From assembly GCF_006345805.1 (NCBI RefSeq), contig NC_043003.1, forward strand, positions 62,620,001-62,684,000: 64,000 nucleotides of DNA, in the 5' to 3' direction. Below, one piece after another: positions 54,807-64,000 of the stretch. The DNA comes from Octopus sinensis. Lineage: Eukaryota. Every line of letters begins with the position of its first letter. Position 1 is the first letter of the stretch. Both the position numbers and the translations under genes were made by a program. The notes below the pieces were generated by a model, which was not told the origin of the DNA, searched no databases, and saw only the letters and a list, made by a program, of their open reading frames with translations.

Positions 54807-55030
54807 AACCCTTTCATATTCTGTCAAATGTAATGCTTATTTGTTCACATTGATTTGAATTTATCATTCATTATCTCATAGATTTGAGATTTTAAAAACG
54901 TGATTGTTCATTTTTTGAATGACATTGAAGGGTAGGTGTGAGTGGCCTGGTCTATCCAGTTTGAATATAAAACTGGAAAAAGTATTTGGGCGAGATATTG
55001 TCGAACAGAATACTGAAGTGTTAAACACCA
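54807..55030. mobile_element. Degenerate piggyBac-like MITE copy
   Basis: ttaaccctttcatattctgtcaaatgtaatgc.. matches 43156-43378. Confidence 0.65.
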
Positions 55031-55170
55031 CATTGCCACAAAATGTAAGCAACATGCCAAGTAACTAATCTTACATATCTATAGTATTTGCAGGTCTTGA
55101 TATCATTCTTATCAATCTTTAATCCAAATCAAGATCTTAATATCTTTGAATAAAGAATAAAATAAACAGT

Positions 55171-55206
<36 letters not shown>

Positions 55207-55286
55207 TGTGTGTGTGTATGTGTATATATATATGTATGTGTATGTATATATATGTATATATATATGTATGTATGTATGTATATATA

Positions 55287-55333
<47 letters not shown>

Positions 55334-55364
55334 ATATATGTATATATATATGTATATATGTATG

Positions 55365-55679
55365 TATCAAAGTATCATTAGAGACAGAAATCCCATAAAA
55401 TTCATCAAATCAGAATATAAATTCAACCATGTCATAGAATATTATATTCAATACTTACTATTCGTGTTCAAAGTTGTCAACCTTTACATCCTTCACAGCT
55501 GAGAGCATTGTAGTGATAACCTGATGCATGATCTCCACATATTCTACAAAGCTCTTCTTCAGTTGTTTTTTTGTGTTCTGTTAGATCATTTTTGTGGTGT
55601 ACTTTTCCAGGAATTCTATGACATGGTTGAATTTCTATTCTGATTTATGGGGATTTCTGTCTCTAAGGATACTTTGATA
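55365..55679. repeat. Inverted-repeat-bounded unit (arms 55365-55440 and 55613-55679) within (TA)n
   Basis: The arms align with 2 substitutions, a 1-nt indel and a 10-nt indel. Confidence 0.9.
55482..55639 (-). CDS. NR1H: Nuclear receptor NR1H (EcR/FXR/LXR-type) DNA-binding domain, zinc finger 1 exon (functional exon or captured/pseudogenic copy)
   Basis: Minus strand encodes [52 protein letters not shown](G). It has four Cys, a CEGCKG P-box and the NR1H-typical ASGYHYNAL. It ends at AAA G|GT, the conserved intron position. The 5' boundary (ataaatcag) is tentative. Confidence 0.8.
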
Positions 55680-55804
55680 TATATGTATATATTTATTGAG
55701 AATAATTCAACTAAATATTCTTAACTTGAATATCTCATCCCTGTGACGCCGGAATTGATATTCCATTATTATTATAAAATTATATATGTATGTATATATA
55801 TACA

Positions 55805-55874
<70 letters not shown>

Positions 55875-55889
55875 ATATATATATGTATA

Positions 55890-55932
<43 letters not shown>

Positions 55933-56280
55933 GAAAGAAGGTTTGAAAATGCAATTTTAAAAGATGTTTATTTACTTTACCGGTTTCACTCTTTGGAAAA
56001 AGATTGTCAAAAGTAACATGTAGAAGTTTGGTTGCATTAATTATTGGTTGTTACAATTGCTACATTACATATATACAGTCTTTGGTAACAGGGACATGTT
56101 AAGGACATAAAATCATGTCCCTGTTACCAAAGACTGTATATATGTAATGTAGCAATTTGTAACAACCAATAATTAACGCAACCAAACTTCTACATGTTAC
56201 TTTTGACAATCTTTTTGCAAAGAGTGAAAGCGGTAAAGTAAATAAACATCTTTTAAAATTGCATTTTCAAACCTTCTTTC
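55933..56280. mobile_element. Long palindromic element (about 166-bp arms, 15-nt spacer) with decayed minimal hammerhead motifs, PLE-derived
   Basis: Arms 55933-56098 and 56114-56280 are near-perfect inverses, flanked by (TA)n. Contains a GAAACCGGTA palindromic stem III motif. Confidence 0.85.
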
Positions 56281-56345
56281 ATATATAATTCCACTCGTGT
56301 GGTACCCTACAACTCCACTTTGTTATATATATATATATGTATATA

Positions 56346-56585
56346 TACACATTATTTTCATTATTTACATTTGATGGATATTTGTCCTCATCTTGTTTGT
56401 TGTTAACACAACGTTTCAACTCATATACCCTCCAGCCTTCATCAGGTGTTTTGGGGAAATGATGAAGGCTGGAGGGTATATCAGCTGAAACGTGTTAACA
56501 ACAAACAAGATGAGGACAAATATCCATCAAATGTAAATGATGTAAATAATGTACATAATTCCTCATCTCTTAAATATAGAACTGT
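56346..56585. mobile_element. Palindromic PLE-derived element (about 95-bp arms, 15-nt spacer)
   Basis: Arms 56346-56444 and 56460-56553. Carries a CTGATGAAGGCTG..GAAACG motif. Confidence 0.85.
56405..56450 (-). ncRNA. Minimal type I hammerhead ribozyme-like motif (PLE type)
   Basis: AACAC-CUGAUGA-A-GGCUG..GAGUU-GAAA-CG-UU-GUGUU. Intact core, 5-bp stem I, palindromic ACGU stem III and a weakened stem II. Confidence 0.6.
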
Positions 56586-56601
56586 AGTATATATATATAT
56601 A

Positions 56602-57848
56602 CAGGGGTTGGACAAATTATGGAACCACCAAACATCATAGCATCATAATTTTGAAATATCTATCAAAAGCTTGTTTATCTTTAGGTTTTGGGATTTATTA
56701 TTAGTGTTGCTTAATATGTTTTACTAAAATTGCTGTTTCTTTTCAGATATCATCAGAAAAAGGTAATTAAAATTCATTAAAATGATAGACCTATCAGACT
56801 TTCAAAGAGGTCAAATTGTTGGTGCACATATGGCAGGCGCCAGCATAATGAAAACAGCTGAAATGTTTGGTGTATCAAGAAGAACTGTCTTGAAAGTAAT
56901 GACAGCCTTTGAGAAAGAGGGAAGAACCTCCTTGAAACAAAACTCTGCAAGAAAACCAAAACTTTCAGATAGGGACCATTGGACTCTTACGCAAATTGTT
57001 GGAAAGGATCACAAAAGTACAGCTCCCAGAAATAATGACCACATTGAGAACCCAGTTTCCACAAAATCTGTTGGCTGGGAGCTGCACAAAGCCAGATTTC
57101 ACAGGAGGGATGCAATCAGAAAAACACTACTTTCAAAAACAAACGTTGCAAAGCATTTAGAGTGGAATAAAAACTTACAGAATTGGTCCCTTGAGCAGTG
57201 GAAGAATGTTATTTTCCTGGAGGAGTCATCCTTTACCTTATTTCTGACCACTGAGTATATGTGTGGAGACAGCCAAAAGAAGCATTTGACCCAGACTGCC
57301 TTCTTGTTAAACATAGAGGAAGATCTGTAATGATCTGGAGGTGGGTGGGGCTATATCTTGGAAATCTGCCAGCCCAATGGTTTCCCTTCATGGCAGAATT
57401 AATGTTCAATACTATTTGAGCATTTTATCTGATCAAATTCATCCTATGATTGCGGAACTGTTTCCAGAGGGAAACACAATTTTTCAGGATAATAATGCAC
57501 CAATTCACACAGCTAAAGTTGTTACTGAATGGTACGAGGAATATTCTAATGAAGTTGAACCTCTTATCTGGTCACCACAGTCCCCAGATCTCAATATTAT
57601 TGAACATTTATTTTGCATTTTAGAAAAACAAGTAAAGAGTCGATATCCTCCACCATCATCACTACAAGAATTGGAGACTGTTTTAGCTGAAGAATGGACA
57701 AAAATTACTTTGGAAACAATTCAAACTTTGTATGAGTTCATTCCTTGTAGAATTCAAGCTGTAATTACTGCAAAAGGCGGTCCTACCCCATATTAAAATG
57801 AATTTGTTTGAAATTTTAAGGTGTTTCCATTATTTTGTCCAACCCCTG
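56602..57848 (+). mobile_element. Full-length (1247 bp) defective Tc1-type transposon with DD36E spacing
   Basis: About 28-bp TIRs CAGGGGTTGGACAAA.. and TA flanks. ORFs 56782-57330 (paired-like HTH) and 57341-57796 (QDNNAPIH..SPDLNIIE). Frameshifted, with the first two catalytic Asp altered. Confidence 0.95.
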
Positions 57849-58649
57849 TATATATATATATATATATATATATAGATATATATATATATATATATTAAAT
57901 TAGAGATAAAACCACTATTAGGTAAATCAAACAGTGAAAATCATAAACCAATACATAGAAATAAAATTAATTAATAAAAAATATATAAAATATAAAATTC
58001 AAAATTTAAATTACAATATTTAAATAAATAATCAGAAATATTTAAACAATATTTTTAAGAAATAAATAAAATAATAATTTTTCTTATAAAAAACTCTATT
58101 ATCAAACTAGAAACTTAATATATATCCCTAATTTAATTTTTATTGATAATCTCTGTATAAAACTTGATGTAGTTAAACATACATTCTGTATGGGGAAAAA
58201 AAAGACTTGCTTAGTTCAGTTCCAAGAAACATCTCACAAATGCTCAGGGATGCATCATCAGTGATGTTTCTTGGATCTTAGGGGTGGCTCAGTTGACTCA
58301 ACCTGAGTTGACCAACTTCCAGATTGCATCCCAATAGCAACATAACACTGGATCTAACTTCTCATTATCCAAAACTACCAAGTGACCTTCTCTGCACCTT
58401 CAGTGTTGGTACTTACAGCCCTCTTTCTCATGCTTGTAACTTCAAACCAACTCAGAGCTTATAATTTCAATTGCGCTCCAGCTTACCTGCCAGCCCTGGT
58501 TTCTGCATTGCTCTACCATAGTCTAAGACAGATGTCTTCCACATCTGTTCCTTATTGAAGATCTTAAGGTGATCTGGATAATGCTAGGATATTTAGAAAG
58601 CTCCAGTGTTTTTAATGTCCTGCACTATGCATATCTTTTAACTTTATTC

Positions 58650-59045
58650 TTCTACTTGTTTCAATTATGAGACTGTGGCCATGCTGGGGCACTGCATTGA
58701 AGAATTTTTAGTTGTATGAATTGACACTAGTACCTTTTTTTAAACCTAGAAATTATTCTGTTGGTGTCTTTTGCTGAACTGCTAAGTTAAGAGGATGTAA
58801 ACCAGCACTGGTTGTCAAGCCGTGGTGGGGGACAAACACAGACACAGACTCAGGCACATAGATACATATACATACACATATACACACACAATAGGTTTCT
58901 TTCAGTTTCTGTCAATCAAATCCACTCACAAGGCTTTAATTAGCCTGAGTCCATAGTGGAAGACATTTGCTCAAGATGTCACACAGTGGGACTGAACTTC
59001 GGCCCATATGGTTAGGAAGCAAACTTCTTACCACACAGCCATGCC
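58650..59045 (-). mobile_element. Family B SINE (full length, degenerate)
   Basis: Reverse complement of the 49929-50337 family. Confidence 0.8.
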
Positions 59046-59129
59046 TATATGAAATCATTTGTGGACTGGTGTAATGTATGCAGCCATCTCTGTTTTAAAG
59101 CAATTCTAATTCTTGTTTAGTTTTTAGGT

Positions 59130-59540
59130 AAATCAAATCAAGATCGAAATCAAAATAGAAATTGTAGTTGTGGCCGATGACAGTGTCGCCTTACTGGTTA
59201 CCCATGCTGGTGGCACATAAAAAAGCACCATCCAAATGTGGTTGATGCCAGTCCCACCCCTACCCCAACTAGCTCCTGTGCTGGTGGCACATAAAAAGCA
59301 CCATCCAAATGTGGTTGATGCTAGTGCTACGTAACTGGCTCCCATGCTGGTGGAATGTAAAAAGCACCCACTACACTCTTGGAGAGGTTTGTGTTAGGAA
59401 GGACATCCAGCTGTAGAAACCTTGCCAGATCAGATTGGAGCCTGGTGCAGCCTACTGGCTTGCCAGACCCCAGCCAAACCCTCCAACCCATGCCCGCATG
59501 GAAAATGAATTTTAAACAACGACAATGACGATGACGACGT
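59130..59540 (+). mobile_element. RTE LINE 3'UTR copy
   Basis: Tandem subunits, GGACATCCAGCTGTAGAAAC and a GAC/GAT tail. Confidence 0.8.
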
Positions 59541-60757
59541 AATAAAACATTTTAAAATCTGATGGTGGCCATGAAATTTATAGCAGCTTATTTCAGTGTG
59601 CCAAAGATCAATACAGGTTGGATATTCTTGGTATGGCTTTCTTGTTTAGAAGTTTCTTCTGCAATCCTGTTGTTTCAGGTTCAGTTCCACAGCAAGGCAT
59701 TTTTGGTATGTATCTTCTACTATCCTCCTAGGTCAAGGGAATTTTGTAGATGGACACTGCATGTGTGTCTGTTTGTGTGTGTGTTTATGTATATGTGCAT
59801 GTTTGTATGTGTGTGTATGCATGTATGTGTTTATGTGTATGTGTGTGCATGTGCTTATGTGTGTGTTTGTGTGTGTTTGTGTGTGTCTGTGTGTGCCTGT
59901 GCATGTAACCTCAAGTATCAACATGAGGATTACCACTAATTGTGCAAAGTAGTGATGGTAATGACACTCTTTGCTCACATCATTACTGATAACTCTACAG
60001 TTTCAAAGACCTAGAATTTTTTTTATAAATTCCCTTATTTGAAATCAGATAAGTGTTAGCAATAGGAAAATCCCCTGGCCATAATATTCTACCTTAAATA
60101 ACTCACTGAGTAAAAGAAAAAACTTTTATTTTTGAAGCAGAAATATATTACTGTCTCTTATTTTGCAATAAGACTTAAATATATGCAATCTTACTGGAGT
60201 CACATTAACCATGCTAACTACTTTGAAAATATCAGCTCACTCGAATTCTTTATTTTTATAGCATATTTAGCTTTTTCTAGCTTCATTCAGTTGGTGTGAA
60301 TTTCCTGTAATATCTTTCTGGCAAAGAGCATCAAAATAGATCCTAAATTATGATAGAAAACACTTGTTTCTCTTCATTTTAATTCCTGTTTTCTGTAAAA
60401 TTACAACGCTGTCTTCATATTAACCACTTTTAGATAAATTTAGATTATTCTGCTTAAGTAAATCTCCCTTCTTTTATATGGCCTTACAAAATAGTTCTGT
60501 TGTGAAGCATTTGGATATCTAAATGAATGCTAAATCTATCTTTCTTTCAATTTCAAACTCAAACATCTTTTTGGTAATACAAGAAGCCTTATTCATTCCC
60601 TAGCATAATGAGAATTTCCTATAATCTCTCTCTCTCTCTCTTCTTCCCACTCAATCTCTTTATGTATGTACATGTATGTATACATATATGTGTGCATACG
60701 TGTGTATACATACATACATACATACATTCATACATATATACATACATACATACATAC

Positions 60758-60834
<77 letters not shown>

Positions 60835-61699
60835 TGCTCATACATATCATCATAATCCTTTAGAATCCATTTTTCCATGCTGGCATGGGTTGGACTATTC
60901 ATCAAGAACTGATGAGGTAGAGAGCAACACTGAAGTTTAATGTCTGCTCTGGCATGGTTTCTACAGCTGGATGCCTTTCCTAATACCAACCACTTTACAG
61001 ATTGTACTGGGCAATCTCTTTGCGGCTCCAACACTGGTGAGGTCACCAAGTACACTCAACTGAGTGGGGGTATAGTAATCCAGGAAACATAAGTTAATTT
61101 TGGACGTTGGTCTAACTCATAATTGGTTGCATATGTACAGTACAGTATAAAAGCAGCAATTGATGCTAAAGGAGGGTCAACCAGATATTAAAACTAATGC
61201 ATATTGTGAAATATACCATAATCTACTATGTGCACAAGTTTCATTAACATTGAGATAGCAGAACCCCAAAACATTGAGGTTGCCTAATACTTTTGGCCAA
61301 GGTTATATATACATACATGGGTGCAGGATTAGGTGTTTGGTAAGAAGCTTGTACCATGAACAAGTGTCTTCTACTTTTGCTTTGTGCCCACCAAAGCTTT
61401 TTGTGTGTCGTGCTTTTGGTAGATGGATATTGAAAAATACCCAGTTTGTATATGTATGTATGTATGCATGCATGCATGCCTGTATGTATTATGTGTGTGT
61501 GTATCTATGTATGTATGTATGTATGCATGCATGCATGCCTGTATGTATTATGTGTGTGTGTATGTATGTATGTATGTATTATGTATGTATGTATGTTGCC
61601 TGTAGGAATTGCTGTATGCAGATAAACTCATTCTAATAGCTGAATCTGCAGTAGAATTGGAGAATAATTTTTAGGTGTGGAATTTTTTCCTAAACCAGG

Positions 61700-62308
61700 A
61701 ATCAAAAATCCTCCAAGTTAACTTTGCAAAGATCAGAATTTTAGTAAATAGGAAAACAGACAGGGCTCTGCTTTTATCAGGGAAATGCTTTTGATCAGTA
61801 TGTAGAAAAGGAGTAGCTAGAAATTTGAAAAGGTGTATCCAATGCAAACTGAGGTGTTGTAGTATCACAGGAGGATAATTTGGAATATAGACTTTGTATG
61901 TGGCAGATGCACAGGAGCAGTAATCACTAAGAGTACATGGAAAACAAATTTTATTAAATGTCCAAGAAGATCGATCTCTAGATGTACAATATAGCTTCTG
62001 TTATCAGTGACCTAATTAGCAGTGGAGGAGAATGTTCTGAAAGTATAGGGTTTTGAATAAGAAAAAGCTGGAGGAAGTTTAGAGTTATTACTTCTGTTGG
62101 TAACAAAAGATTTTTCTCTCAGGGTGAAAGGCAGACTGTCTGATACTTGTGTATGAACAGCAATGCTACATGTGAGCCCTGAATGCAGAGAACATGAAAA
62201 GATTAGAATGAAATGAAATATGCATATTCCATTGCGTGAGCAAAACCAGTGTTCATGAATGTCAAAATACATATTTGTTGAGAGAAAAATTGGTCAAAAG
62301 GGGAACTA
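61700..62308 (+). mobile_element. Degenerate RTE-clade LINE ORF (post-RT region), interrupted by DNA transposons
   Basis: Translation with stops: KIRILVNRK..SVCRKGVARNLKRCIQCKL..SGGECSESI..WRKFR..LREKL. It resumes after 63937 (VQKRRL..GHVMGMDENS). Confidence 0.8.
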
Positions 62309-63596
62309 CGAGGGGCGTTCAATAAGTAATGCCTCTGACCCACTTGCAGTTGTTTGATCTAGTTGAAATTTTGCATGTGCAATTATCCATATCTCTATAG
62401 ATTAAGTGGCAAATTACAGCTCTGAACTAATTGTGGTTTCTGATTTACAGGTGTTTGAACTGAGTCAAGTGTGAAATGGAGCCAGTTGAGTGTCGAGCAG
62501 TGATCCGGTTTTTGTATTTGGAAGGACGCACACCACAGGAGACTTTTCATAAAATGAAAGTAGCTTATGGTGATGATGCCCCATCATATGACCTTGTAAA
62601 ATATGGCATCGTGGATTCAAACATGGTTGGAACTCTGTGGAAACAACTCCCAGATCTGGTCGCCCCCCCCCCCTTCTGCCATTGATGAGGCATCTGTCCA
62701 TCAAGTTGAGGTTGCCATTTTGGAAGATCGACGCATAACTATTCGCCAAATAGCCCATGAGATCAAGATTAGTACCGGGTCTGTGGAAACTATCATTCAT
62801 GACCATTTGCATATGCAAAAGGTGTCTGCCAGATGGATTCCCAGGTTGCTCACACCTTTCCAGAAGCAAGAACGCGTCGAGTGCTTGAGGATGAATTTGG
62901 AGATGTGCCAAGAAGATGAGTCAAAATTTTTCAAAAGACTGATTACACAGGATGAAACCTGGGTCCATCACTATGATCCAGAGACCAAAGCCCAGTCAAT
63001 GCAGTGGAATCACCGTAACTCACCTCCTCCAAAGAAGGCAAGAGTGCAGCCCTCCGCTGGCAAGGTCATGCTCACAGTTTTCTGGGACCAGGACGGAGTA
63101 GTGATGACAGATTTCCTGGCAAAGGGTACCACAATTACAGGAGCCTATTATGCTTCACTTTTGAGGAAATTAAGAGAAACTATCAAAATCAAGAGGCGGG
63201 GCAAGATCAACAAAGGCATCCTCCTCCTGCAGGACAACGCTCCGGTCCACAACTCGCTTGTCGCCAGATCAGAAGCACAGGCGTGCGGCTATGAACTCCT
63301 CCCCTACTCTCCTGACCTTGCACCCTCTGATTTTCACCTCTTCCCAGCCATGAAGTTGTTTTTGAAAGGAAAGCGTTTCCCAGATGATGCAGCCTTGATT
63401 TCTGAAGTCACGTCGTGGTTGGAGGACCAAACTGGGGTCTTCTACAAAAACGGTCTCCAGAGCTGCATCAAACGATGGGAGAAATGTGTAACTCTGGGTG
63501 GTTCCTATGTAGAAAAAGACTAATAACTTTGCCAAGTTTCGTTGCTCTACTGCTATGGGAAGTGGGTCAGGGGCATTACTTATTGAACGCCCCTCG
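62309..63596 (+). mobile_element. Full-length (1288 bp) mariner transposon, irritans-like, frameshifted
   Basis: 37-bp TIRs with 1 mismatch and TA TSDs. Motifs WIPRLL, ITQDETW, QDNAPVH and YSPDLAPSDF. Frameshifts near 62600 and in the poly-C run at about 62663-62673. Confidence 0.97.
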
Positions 63597-63598
63597 TA

Positions 63599-63935
63599 CC
63601 ATATTTGATGGCCTATAAGACTTTTTTTTACCCAAAAATGGCTTTAAAAATCCCCCTGCATCCAATGCGCTCAATGTAGGCTCAAAACTAGCTCAGAACT
63701 GTATGTATGTTTACAAAACGTATGCTGCCATCTGTTAGTGAACAATTGCCTACAGTATGTTTATATCGAATGTGGATGCTATAAGTTGTTTATAATTACT
63801 GGTAATAACATAAAGTTATACAGGCAAGTGGAGGAATTAAGACATTATTTTAGTGGTAATTTATTTTACAAAAGTATAGCCTAGGCTAGGGTGTATCCTA
63901 TGCACTCGAGCATCTTATAGGCCATCTAAATACGG
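63599..63935. mobile_element. MITE with Tc2/pogo-like TIRs
   Basis: TA-ccatatttgatggcctataaga ... tcttataggccatctaaatacgg-TA. Confidence 0.8.
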
Positions 63936-64000
63936 TAGTTGTGTGCAAAAGAGAAGATTGTGCAGGTCATGTGATGGGTATGGATGAGAACAGCTATATA

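Noticed and set aside
58487-58583. Minus-strand candidate exon HYPDHLKIFNKEQMWKTSVLDYGRAMQKPGLA as an upstream NR1H exon
   Set aside because: Its phase-1 end is incompatible with the phase-2 start of the zinc-finger exon, and the peptide is not recognised.

Overview
This is AT-rich, microsatellite-dense animal genomic DNA. The repeat content suggests a coleoid cephalopod, most likely Octopus (inference from recognised repeat families, no database check). No complete protein-coding gene was found. Most ORF-track entries are artefacts of microsatellites and interspersed repeats. The window is dominated by mobile DNA: R4/Dong-type LINE relics in (TAA)n tracts, a Penelope RT relic, RTE LINE 3' ends with an internal minisatellite, three tRNA-derived SINE families, a Tigger relic, a full-length Tc1-type element with DD36E spacing, a young irritans-type mariner, several MITEs and a small Helitron-like element. 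The one clear host-gene sequence is missed by the ORF track: a minus-strand segment at about 55.5 kb encoding the first zinc finger of an NR1H (EcR/FXR/LXR-type) nuclear receptor ([27 protein letters not shown]). It lies between about 70-bp inverted repeats in a (TA)n tract. Next to it are two long palindromic elements carrying Penelope-type minimal hammerhead ribozyme motifs. No second zinc-finger or ligand-binding-domain exon was found by eye. All coordinates were read manually; repeat boundaries may be off by some tens of bases.
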